This document shows positions 1-8,560 of a DNA stretch of 18,425 nt, in pieces. The notes under the pieces are model-generated. The model was not told the DNA's origin and did not search any database. It saw only the letters and a list, made by a program, of their open reading frames with translations. The stretch is from Candidatus Hermodarchaeota archaeon. Its GTDB lineage: Archaea; Asgardarchaeota; Heimdallarchaeia; Hodarchaeales; Hodarchaeaceae. The translations under genes were made by a program, and so were the position numbers. The stretch's first letter is position 1. Each line of letters begins with the position of its first letter. The stretch spans positions 1 to 18,425 of the forward strand of contig JBHLKY010000010.1 of the NCBI GenBank assembly GCA_048886185.1, read 5' to 3'.

Positions 1-3000
1 TCTGCTTGGGTCAACCTAGTGACCATTGGAGCGGGGAACACTTCCAAGGGGGAGACCTGGCGGTTTGAGATTCGGGTGTATGATGGGGAAAATTATTCTG
101 CTTTGACCCCCCTCAATCCCCCTGTGGTGATTCTTAATTCCATACCAATCACGAGTAATGTGGAACTTAATCCTATGACTCCTGTCACCACAGATGGTCT
201 TATGGTGACTTGGGATTATACAGATGACGATAATGATCCTGAAGGGACACCTTTAATTAAATGGTATTTGGAAAATATGCATCAACCTGCTTACGATGGA
301 ATAAGCATATTACCAGCTAGTGCAACAACGAAAGGGGATAATTGGCATGTTGGTATTCAGGTGTTTGATGGAACGGCCTATTCAGAAGAAGTAAATTCCT
401 CTCAGGTTATTATTCAAAATACCCCTCCTGAGGTAAGTAATTTAGCCCTTACTGCTGCTCCCAAGACGACAACTAATCTTGTGGCGAGTTGGAGTGCTGC
501 TGATAATGATACAGGGGATTCCCTAACCTTTAATGTCACCTGGTATCTTGAGGGGGTGGTGAACTGTAGCTGGCTAACATCCGCCACTAGTGCGATACTA
601 GCTGCAGGGAATACCACCAAAGGTGATCGCTGGTCGTTTTCCATTCAGGCGTATGATGGGGAGGCATATTCTAGTGTTATCTCCCTCGGGTATAATCGGA
701 CTATTCTCAACACTGCTCCAGTGGTAACAAACCTTACACTTACCTCCACGCCGACGACTATGGATCCTTTAATGGCTACCTTTGATTATTCCGATGCAGA
801 TCTTGCAGATAATGCAAGTCTCATCTTTAATATCACCTGGTATCGAAATGGGTTAGAGCAAAGCGCTCTCGCCAATACCACCAGTATTGGGCCAGGAAAC
901 ACCACGAAATCCCAGTTCTGGTGGTTCACTGTTCAAGCCTATGACGGAGAAAGCTTCTCCTTGAAGCTTGAGTCGGTTCATGTGCAGATTCTCAATACTG
1001 CTCCTGAGGTTAGCAATGTTGTGATTACTCCGCTGAGTCCCTTGACCACCATGGTTCTCAGTGCCAGTTGGGATGAAGTGGATGCGGATGGTGATAGTCT
1101 AACCTACACCATTCGGTGGTATATCGTGGGAGTGGGATTGGAAGCTGCTTATAATGATTTACCGACTGTTCCTGCCAGTGCGACCTCCAAAGGCCAGACC
1201 TGGTACTACAACCTTACCGCCTTTGATGGGACCGCTTATTCCCCAGAAATAAGTTCCTCTCAGGTTATCATTCAAAACTCTTCTCCCGAGCTCGATTCCC
1301 TCGTGGTTACAACTAATCCGACCACGCTGGATGACCTGATTGCCAGTTGGGCTGCCACGGATAATGATACTGGAGACTCCCTAACCTTTAATGTTACCTG
1401 GTATCTGAATGGGGCCATAAATTGCAGCTGGTCAACTGCTGTTAATACTGCAACTTTGAGTACTGGGAATACAACTAAGAATCAGCTCTGGAATGTGACC
1501 GTGCGGGCATATGATGGAACATCTTATTCCAACACTATTACTTTAACAATGAATATCACTATCCTCAATTCTAAACCTACCGTAGAAAATCCTTCTTTCA
1601 ATAACACCTCTCCTGATGTAGGGGACGATTTTCAGATTACTTACACCTTTGTGGATGCGGATGCTGGAGATGTTGAAGATTCAGGGAAGATAATTGTCTA
1701 TTGGTTTATCAACTGGAAGTATAATGCGACTTTTCAGAATCAGACTACGATTTATGCTGCGAATACCACTGCCACTGAGGTGTGGTATTACATTCTCAGG
1801 GTGTTTGATGGCGAAGCTTATAGTGATAATGTCACCTCGGAACAGGGGGTCTATATTGGGGGTGGAGGTACTAACGTTCGTCCGATAGCTATCGATTTAA
1901 CATTAACTCCTGCTTCTCCTCATACGCATGAGGCGCTCATTGCGAATTATACTTTCTCTGATGGGGATCTTGACCCCCAAGTTGCGTATGAAATTCGTTG
2001 GTATAAGAATTCTGGTACGGGCTTCCAGCTCCAGTCTCAGTATAATAATTTGTTTGTGGTTCCGGCCAGTGCCACCTCCAAGGATCAAGAGTGGAATTTT
2101 ACGGTGAAAGTGTTTGATGGTATTCAATGGAGTGAGCTCAATGTTTCTACCACCATTACTATTGCAAATACAAACCCTGAGGTTAACACCGCTGAAATTA
2201 CCACGGATCCTCAAACAACTGATGATCTGGTAGCTAGTTGGATGTCCAGCGATAATGATAGCGATAGTTTAACTTTTATTCTTACCTGGTATGTCAATGG
2301 GATTGAAAATGTCACGTTTGCGAATAAGACGGTGATTGAAGCCATGAACACTAAAAAAGGGGAGGAGTGGTATTTCACTGTCCAAGCGTATGATGGGGAA
2401 GGATTCTCTAGTATTATTTCACTAACTGCAAATGTCACCATACTCAATACAGCCCCCTTGGCAAGTAATCTGAATATAACAGCTAGTCCCTATACTTTTG
2501 ACGATTTGGTTGCAGACTGGAACTATTTTGACATTGATAATGATCCCAGAAATGATGGGCTAGCTCGGATTTGTTGGTTCAAGAATGGGTTGAATCAAAC
2601 CACCTTAGTTAATCAGAAAGTTGTTGGGGCGGGTAACACCTCCAAGAATCAGGTTTGGTGGTTTACAGTCCGTGTATTCGACGGAGAAGACTATTCTGGG
2701 CTTTATGAGTCAGCTCATATACAAGTCTTGAATAGTATTCCCGTGGTAGGAAATTTGGAAATTAGGATTTCAAACCCCAAGACGACAGATGAGTTAGAGG
2801 CCCAATGGGATGCTGTTGATAATGATAGCGACATTCTAAGCTACACCATCAAATGGTACAGAAATGCTGTCTATCAGCCAGCTTGGGATAATGAGATCAC
2901 AATTCCTGCCAGTGCCACCTCGAGGGGGGAAACCTGGTATTATACTTTGAAAGCGTTTGATGGAAATGATTATTCCTCAGAAGAGATCCTTAGTCCTGGT

Positions 3001-6000
3001 GTCCTCATTCTCAATACTGTTCCTGTGGTTGATAACTTAATACTAAGTATGGATCCTCAAACAACTGATGATCTGGTGGCTAGTTGGGTTGCCACTGATA
3101 ATGATACTAGTGATACATTAATCTTCAATATCACTTGGTATCTAGATGGGAATGTGAATTGTAGTTGGTTTACATCAACGAGTAGTGCGACATTGGACGC
3201 TGGGAACACCACTAAAGGGGAGGAGTGGTATTTTACTGTTCAAGCGTACGATGGAGAAGGGTTCTCCAGTGTGATATCACTCGCTTTAAATGTCACTATT
3301 TTGAATAGCGCCCCGACAGCGAGTAATTTAACGATTACGACCAATCCCACTACACTTGACGATCTAGTTGTAGAGTGGGATTATTTCGACATTGATAACG
3401 ATCCCCGAGATGATGCATTGGCTCGGGTTTGTTGGTTCAAGAATGGGTTGAATCAAACCACCTTAGTTAATCAGAAAATTGTTGGGGCGGGTAATACCTC
3501 CAAGAATCAGGTCTGGTGGTTCACCCTCCGTGTTTTTGACGGGGAGAACTATTCTCTTGGTATCTACGAGTCAGCTCACATTTCTATTCAGAACTCTCTA
3601 CCCTATAATTCCTCCACTCTGCCCCTTCCCGTGAATCCTACCAAAGCGAATGGCTTAGTGTTGACTCTGTCTACACTGCTTGCTGTGCTCTCGGACCCTG
3701 ATCCGAGTGATGATATTGAAGTTGTCAGGATTCGCTGGTATAAAGAAGGTGTGCTGCAGGGAACGTTAAATGACTCATTAATCGTCCCTGGAACCCGATT
3801 AACCAAAGGGGAGAGGTGGAATTATTCGATTGTGCCTTTCGATGGGAGTGGCTATGGGGCAGTGTGTATATCCGCGGAGATAGTTATCTTAAACTCTCGG
3901 CCGACCATCATTAACACTTATTTCACTGAACTAGCTGTTACTACCATTAACAACCTCGTGATCAGCTATCAAGCGGAGGATGCGGACGGGGATCCTATTG
4001 TTATCTCGGGGGTACGCTGGTATCGGTATGATGCGGGGATTCCTGGGTGGGTGTATAATGCCACTTATGATGATTATGTGACTCTTCCTGCTATGGCTAC
4101 TACCAAAGGAGAGAGCTGGAAATATGAGCTTGAGGTCTCTGATGGGACCGAGTCATCTTTATGGAGAGAGGCTGCGAAAGAGGCGGATATCATTAATAGC
4201 TACCCTCGCGTTGATCCCTTCAGTATCACGCTGACAGGGGGCATGACCACCTCTGATCCTCTGCAGGTGAGTTATGCCTGGTATGACGATGATCCTGGGG
4301 ATAGCAATACCCAGACGATCATTACCTGGGAGAACAGTGGGGACTATCTCGTCGATACCTATAGCACGAGTTTGTCGGCGGATGAGACCACGGCGGGTGA
4401 GCGCTGGTGGGTGACGATCACTCCCTATGATGGTGAGGATTATGGGGATTCCATCAACAGTAAGCGTTATGGCATAAGTATCATCATTGGTAACACTCCT
4501 CCCAGTCTTCTCCCAGATGACATTGTGATCAACGGGGAATTTAATGGCACCGAATACCAAGGGACGAGTTTTGGTACCGTCTTCAATCTCAATCTTCACT
4601 ATACGGCATTTGATCTTGATGGGGCTCAAGGGGTTCCAGCATATGGGTTATCTCTCGTTGATGGGTTTGCGGTAGGATCCGAGTATCGGTGGTATCGCAA
4701 TCGTTCGGGGAGTGTAACACTTGTTTCCGCGTTGAACAATGAGATTATTGTTTCGTCCTATTATACTCAGAAAGGGGATGGTTGGTGGGTTCAGGTGCGT
4801 CCTCGAGACTTTTACGGTGATTTTGGAGCCCCTCAAAATTCTACTCAAATTACTATTGGGAATACCGCGCCTCAAATAATTGGATTACACTGGGTACGAC
4901 TCACTTATTATACAACCAATGATTTGTCGTTTGACTATATATTCTATGATTATGATACCAAGGATACCCAACGGGGAGTCTTTATCCGCTGGTATCGGAA
5001 TGGGACTCATTTACCAGGATTCGATAACAATACAGCGATTGCCTCTCAATTCACGAAAAAAGGGGAAGTATGGTATGCGAATCTGAGTGTGTTTGATGGC
5101 GAATCATACAGTGTGTGGTATTACTTACTTAATATCACTGTCCAGAATTCTGCCCCAATTGCAACAGGTATTCTGTTAATCCCAGTTTTCCCCAATACCA
5201 CTCAACCTCTGATGGCAACTTGGATCTTTAATGACGTTGATAATGATTCTGAAAACCAAGCTGCCGCCCTCATTCAATGGTACCGCAATGGGATCCGTGT
5301 GGACAACCTCACGAATAGCCAAACGGTCTCTTCTACTCTGACCAATCGGGGGGAAAGCTGGTACTTCATGGTGCGAGTCACTGATGGGTATAATTACTCC
5401 CTCACCATTTATAAGTCAAATACCATTACAATTATTAACTCGGCGCCAACTGCGGTCGACCTGCAGATCAACAACGGAGATGAGATTAATACCACTCATG
5501 ATCTGGTGCTAAGTTGGAATTTCTCTGATCCCGACAGCCTTGATATTCAGGATCCCGACTCTGTGTTAATCCTCTGGTATTTGAATGGGATCGAACAACC
5601 TATGTTCAGAAATCAATCGATAATTTTCGCGATTAATACTACGAAAAACCAACAATGGATGGTGGCAATCAAGGTCTGCGACAATGGCGGGTTATGGAGT
5701 GAGTTCTTGAATTCATCCCTGGTGGTGATCCTGAACTCTCGGCCCGAGATTATTATTCATGAGAGCGCCCATCCTGACTTTATTGTTGAGGATGAAGCAT
5801 TTGAAATTAATAGCAGCTTTTTCAGCTATTCCGATGCGGATGGAGATGAAGCTCAATCTGTGATCAGATGGTATTGTAATGGGGAGTTGATGTTCCAAAA
5901 CCTCTGGCGTCTCTCAGCTACTGACACCGTTCCTGGTGATGTCTGGAATTACACCATTCAGCCATTCGACGGGACTGACTTTGGGGAGGAACGTTCCTCA

Positions 6001-7431
6001 CCAGTCATCTTCATTGAGAGTCGGCCTGTGATTCATAGTTTTGTGGCGACTGCCCTCCCCGACACTGAGGGGCACTATGAGGTGGAGATCAATGTCACGG
6101 ACTCTCGGAATGAGATTCTTCGCGTAGAATTTTGCTTAGCTCTCAACACCACCACTGAACTCCCTCTTTTTGTGATCACCTCTCCCAAGGCTCCGGAGTC
6201 ATCTCTTTGGCTTCTAGATTATACCCTCGACAGTTACTCCTATCTTGAGACCCCAACCCATGTCACGGTGACTGTGGTGACTGCAGTCGTCTATCCTAGT
6301 GTCTCTGAAATCCACTTAAGCCAGATGTTTAACTTTACACTCGAGGATAAAGCACCTCCGCGGGTTCTCAATGCCTATTTTGAGAGGGATGATGAGCTCA
6401 ATCCCACCAACCTCACTTTCTATGCGGAGGTGCAGGACTTTGGGTCAGGGATCGCTGAGGTCATTCTCTCCTATTGTTTCCAAGCGAGTGAGGGACTCAA
6501 TCAGACAGGCGGAAAGGGTGCCACTTTCCTTCAAGACGATCTGGAATGGCTAGAGCTGCCTATGACGATTCAAGCTACCAATGAGAGCGGGAATTTCATC
6601 TTGTATGTGGTGACGGTGGAGTTTGTCCAAGCACCCTACAGTCTTGCCATTATCTATCGGGTCTCGACTGAGGATGTGGCGGGGAATAGCAATCCCGTGG
6701 CCTTTGACATCCGTGACTATCCTGAACGACTTGACGCTGAACAAATCATCTATAATCCTCCAGGTCTGCCAGAGTGGGTTCTCCTCGTGGCTGGGCTTGC
6801 AGTTTTCGTCATCTTCATTGGGTCTATAGTTTATGTGAAATTCATCCGTAAACCCGAACTGGTCGGTTTGGATAAAGAATTGGTTATGGCCAAGGTCTCT
6901 GACATCCCTGATGCAGAGGTGATGGCCTCACTGGATGCTCATACCATTGGTGTGATTGTTAGCTTTTTCGACCAGAGACACGGCCCGATTCCGATTATCA
7001 TCATCCCTGAGATTCTGAAAGATAACTTTAATAAGCTGGTGGAACTCTCGGATCGCTCTTTCAGTGGCACTGGCTTCAGTGATGACTTTACTGTGGAAAT
7101 TCCCTCCAGTTATGACTTTGTGTTATCCCAAGGTATTCGTACTAGTGTGATGTCTTTTGGCTTTGCCCTAGAGCGGCCCGAAGCTAGAGGAGGCCAAGAG
7201 AACCTTACCTGTAACATTGTCATCCATCAAGATCTCTTTCCATTAGTTCAGTCTTTCCAAAAAGAGATTCAACAAAAAGTCCACACTCTCCACATGAGAA
7301 TGGATAAAAATCCTTCTGAGAAAGACAAGATCCGCTTACAAGTCTTTGAGCTCAGGAAATTAGTATCTAATATTATATTATCTTATGCGAGTATTTATGG
7401 TACCACTGAACTGATAGAAGAGGAAGGCTAA
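1..7431 (+). CDS. Giant single-pass surface glycoprotein (5'-truncated): about 20 tandem Ig/cadherin-like beta-sandwich repeats, TM helix, cytoplasmic uDENN/longin-like domain
   Basis: Frame is open from base 1 (SAWVNLVTIG...) and starts mid-repeat, so GTG19 is internal. Repeats of about 98 aa follow the pattern N-x-x-P...DxD(x)xD...WY(x)NG...T.KG..W...(F/Y)DG..S and carry many N-x-S/T sequons. Hydrophobic helix WVLLVAGLAVFVIFIGSIVYV (6775-6837) is followed by KFIRK (positive-inside). The tail has VIVSFFDQRHGPIP and SVMSFGFALERPEARGGQENLTCNIVI. Confidence 0.9.
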   Translation, partial: SAWVNLVTIGAGNTSKGETWRFEIRVYDGENYSALTPLNPPVVILNSIPITSNVELNPMTPVTTDGLMVTWDYTDDDNDPEGTPLIKWYLENMHQPAYDGISILPASATTKGDNWHVGIQVFDGTAYSEEVNSSQVIIQNTPPEVSNLALTAAPKTTTNLVASWSAADNDTGDSLTFNVTWYLEGVVNCSWLTSATSAILAAGNTTKGDRWSFSIQAYDGEAYSSVISLGYNRTILNTAPVVTNLTLTSTPTTMDPLMATFDYSDADLADNASLIFNITWYRNGLEQSALANTTSIGPGNTTKSQFWWFTVQAYDGESFSLKLESVHVQILNTAPEVSNVVITPLSPLTTMVLSASWDEVDADGDSLTYTIRWYIVGVGLEAAYNDLPTVPASATSKGQTWYYNLTAFDGTAYSPEISSSQVIIQNSSPELDSLVVTTNPTTLDDLIASWAATDNDTGDSLTFNVTWYLNGAINCSWSTAVNTATLSTGNTTKNQLWNVTVRAYDGTSYSNTITLTMNITILNSKPTVENPSFNNTSPDVGDDFQITYTFVDADAGDVEDSGKIIVYWFINWKYNATFQNQTTIYAANTTATEVWYYILRVFDGEAYSDNVTSEQGVYIGGGGTNVRPIAIDLTLTPASPHTHEALIANYTFSDGDLDPQVAYEIRWYKNSGTGFQLQSQYNNLFVVPASATSKDQEWNFTVKVFDGIQWSELNVSTTITIANTNPEVNTAEITTDPQTTDDLVASWMSSDNDSDSLTFILTWYVNGIENVTFANKTVIEAMNTKKGEEWYFTVQAYDGEGFSSIISLTANVTILNTAPLASNLNITASPYTFDDLVADWNYFDIDNDPRNDGLARICWFKNGLNQTTLVNQKVVGAGNTSKNQVWWFTVRVFDGEDYSGLYESAHIQVLNSIPVVGNLEIRISNPKTTDELEAQWDAVDNDSDILSYTIKWYRNAVYQPAWDNEITIPASATSRGETWYYTLKAFDGNDYSSEEILSPGVLILNTVPVVDNLILSMDPQTTDDLVASWVATDNDTSDTLIFNITWYLDGNVNCSWFTSTSSATLDAGNTTKGEEWYFTVQAYDGEGFSSVISLALNVTILNSAPTASNLTITTNPTTLDDLVVEWDYFDIDNDPRDDALARVCWFKNGLNQTTLVNQKIVGAGNTSKNQVWWFTLRVFDGENYSLGIYESAHISIQNSLPYNSSTLPLPVNPTKANGLVLTLSTLLAVLSDPDPSDDIEVVRIRWYKEGVLQGTLNDSLIVPGTRLTKGERWNYSIVPFDGSGYGAVCISAEIVILNSRPTIINTYFTELAVTTINNLVISYQAEDADGDPIVISGVRWYRYDAGIPGWVYNATYDDYVTLPAMATTKGESWKYELEVSDGTESSLWREAAKEADIINSYPRVDPFSITLTGGMTTSDPLQVSYAWYDDDPGDSNTQTIITWENSGDYLVDTYSTSLSADETTAGERWWVTITPYDGEDYGDSINSKRYGISIIIGNTPPSLLPDDIVINGEFNGTEYQGTSFGTVFNLNLHYTAFDLDGAQGVPAYGLSLVDGFAVGSEYRWYRNRSGSVTLVSALNNEIIVSSYYTQKGDGWWVQVRPRDFYGDFGAPQNSTQITIGNTAPQIIGLHWVRLTYYTTNDLSFDYIFYDYDTKDTQRGVFIRWYRNGTHLPGFDNNTAIASQFTKKGEVWYANLSVFDGESYSVWYYLLNITVQNSAPIATGILLIPVFPNTTQPLMATWIFNDVDNDSENQAAALIQWYRNGIRVDNLTNSQTVSSTLTNRGESWYFMVRVTDGYNYSLTIYKSNTITIINSAPTAVDLQINNGDEINTTHDLVLSWNFSDPDSLDIQDPDSVLILWYLNGIEQPMFRNQSIIFAINTTKNQQWMVAIKVCDNGGLWSEFLNSSLVVILNSRPEIIIHESAHPDFIVEDEAFEINSSFFSYSDADGDEAQSVIRWYCNGELMFQNLWRLSATDTVPGDVWNYTIQPFDGTDFGEERSSPVIFIESRPVIHSFVATALPDTEGHYEVEINVTDSRNEILRVEFCLALNTTTELPLFVITSPKAPESSLWLLDYTLDSYSYLETPTHVTVTVVTAVVYPSVSEIHLSQMFNFTLEDKAPPRVLNAYFERDDELNPTNLTFYAEVQDFGSGIAEVILSYCFQASEGLNQTGGKGATFLQDDLEWLELPMTIQATNESGNFILYVVTVEFVQAPYSLAIIYRVSTEDVAGNSNPVAFDIRDYPERLDAEQIIYNPPGLPEWVLLVAGLAVFVIFIGSIVYVKFIRKPELVGLDKELVMAKVSDIPDAEVMASLDAHTIGVIVSFFDQRHGPIPIIIIPEILKDNFNKLVELSDRSFSGTGFSDDFTVEIPSSYDFVLSQGIRTSVMSFGFALERPEARGGQENLTCNIVIHQDLFPLVQSFQKEIQQKVHTLHMRMDKNPSEKDKIRLQVFELRKLVSNIILSYASIYGTTELIEEEG
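2570..2654 (+). repeat. 85-bp near-identical direct repeat, copy 1 (copy 2 at 3428-3512)
   Basis: 2570-2619 equals 3428-3477 exactly (50 bp). Identity is 83/85 over the extended block. The offset of 858 bp is 286 codons, or three repeat units. Confidence 0.95.
3428..3512 (+). repeat. 85-bp near-identical direct repeat, copy 2
   Basis: Matches 2570-2654 with two substitutions. Confidence 0.95.
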
Positions 7432-7454
7432 AGGTTATTTATGATAAGTATCAT
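7430..7454 (+). promoter_or_regulatory. Putative BRE/TATA (aaagg-TTATTTAT) overlapped by the 14-bp palindrome ATGATA-AG-TATCAT
   Basis: TATA-like box at 7435-7442 after a purine run. Perfect 6-bp inverted repeat at 7441-7454. Lies upstream of the phosphoesterase gene. Confidence 0.35.
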
Positions 7455-7522
7455 TGAATAGGCAAGTAGAATACTTCCAGTTTTTCTCAAAGATTATTTG
7501 TCAGAAAGTATTGGTGTTTGGT

Positions 7523-8254
7523 GTGTTTTCATTAGGAATTATTTCAGACATTCACAGTAATATTGAAGCACTTAAGGCAGTTTTTGCAGATATGAAGACT
7601 TTTTTCCCTGAAATTAAGGAGATTTACTGCATCGGGGATCTAGTTGGTTATGGTCCTGACCCTAAGGAATGTATTGAGCTTGTATTTAACCATGGTTTAG
7701 TTACAAGGGTAGTTAAAGGTAATCATGATCATTATGTTGATCAGACAGTCACTCCTCCACAAATAAATTATTTGGCAGAAGCCGCAATAAATTATCAGAT
7801 TAATAATATCCCCCTAGAACTCCGCTGGGAATTGGCTCAATTGCCTCAATTTGTTACCATTAAACATTTGAATTTTAGCTCAGAGATAACTCTTGTTCAT
7901 GGTTCTCCACAATATCCCCTTAACACTTATATTTATCCTGATACACCTAAACAAGAAAATTTATTTAACTATATGAGCAATACAAATGTCGATATTCTTA
8001 TTCTTGGACATACACACATCCCATTTGTAAGAAAAAGAAAAATCGATCAAAATAAAGAGCTATTGATGCTTAATCCAGGAGCTGTTGGTCAACCTCGTGA
8101 TGATGACCCAAGAGCTTCTTACGCAGTTGTTGATATCGAGAATATGGAAGCAGAAATTAGACGAGTAGAATATGATATTGACTCTGTAGCAAACCGAATA
8201 ATTTCAGCAAGTTTACCCGAATCATTAGCTACTCGTTTGTTCAAAGGAAAATAA
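7523..8254 (+). CDS. Calcineurin-like metallophosphoesterase (Metallophos_2 / MJ0912-like family)
   Basis: Complete metal-binding motif set: SDIHSN, GDLVGYG, GNHD, VHGSP, GHTH, plus NPGAVGQPRD. The start was moved from TTG7454 to GTG7523 because GGTG sits at 7513-7516 and family members begin a few residues before the DxH motif. Confidence 0.93.
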   Translation: MFSLGIISDIHSNIEALKAVFADMKTFFPEIKEIYCIGDLVGYGPDPKECIELVFNHGLVTRVVKGNHDHYVDQTVTPPQINYLAEAAINYQINNIPLELRWELAQLPQFVTIKHLNFSSEITLVHGSPQYPLNTYIYPDTPKQENLFNYMSNTNVDILILGHTHIPFVRKRKIDQNKELLMLNPGAVGQPRDDDPRASYAVVDIENMEAEIRRVEYDIDSVANRIISASLPESLATRLFKGK

Positions 8255-8422
8255 TCTGAGTAGTATATTAATAGATTGTTGATATTCTCTCTTGGAATGA
8301 TAATAAATCTTATAAATAATCTCCATATCAATTGAAGTTAAAAATCATTTAGCTGATATTAATAAAGTATGAAGAAATATAAACATATGCTGTTGAAGAG
8401 AATAGTTTAAAGGAAACTAGAA

Positions 8423-8437
8423 TAAAAGGTTTATACA
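8423..8437 (+). promoter_or_regulatory. Putative archaeal BRE + TATA box (taaaagg-TTTATAca)
   Basis: Purine-rich BRE-like run directly before TTTATA (8430-8435) in the AT-rich intergenic region upstream of ATG8561. Confidence 0.4.
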
Positions 8438-8560
8438 ACTAGAATATTTTAAAAGACTATTATCTTAATATAGATCATCATCTTATTACTTCAATCAGAT
8501 TCTACATCTAGAAAACATCTTAAGATAAAAAGGTTCTCGTATTAACTAAGATGAAGAAAA

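Larger units (their letters stand above)
136..6018 (+). repeat. Array of 20 complete approximately 98-aa Ig/cadherin-like repeats, plus a partial repeat before 136 and two divergent beta-rich domains after 6018
   Basis: Units counted by eye from I(L/Q/I/G)N-x-x-P boundaries. Each has an acidic DxDxD-type motif, W(Y/F)xNG and W...(F/Y)DG. Confidence 0.85.

Noticed and set aside
19-21. GTG19 as start of the giant gene
   Set aside because: The frame is open to base 1, the protein begins mid-repeat and there is no signal peptide; the true start lies upstream of the window.
1-6018. CRISPR array or mobile-element repeats
   Set aside because: The repeats are in-frame protein-domain repeats of about 290 bp, with no spacer structure, no terminal inverted repeats and no transposase.
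414-6829. Short alternative-frame and antisense ORFs within the giant gene (414-644, 1694-1888, 1903-2214, 2211-2447, 3603-3806, 4159-4629, 4648-4875, 4880-5086, 5713-5898, 6371-6553, 6550-6744, 6623-6829)
   Set aside because: They lie wholly inside a well-supported CDS and have no motifs; shadow ORFs are expected in this GC-richer DNA.
7523-8254. Calling the phosphoesterase Vps29 (retromer subunit)
   Set aside because: The intact GNHD, GDLVGYG and NPGAVGQPRD motifs fit an ordinary active prokaryotic metallophosphoesterase; the trafficking-like context alone is not evidence.
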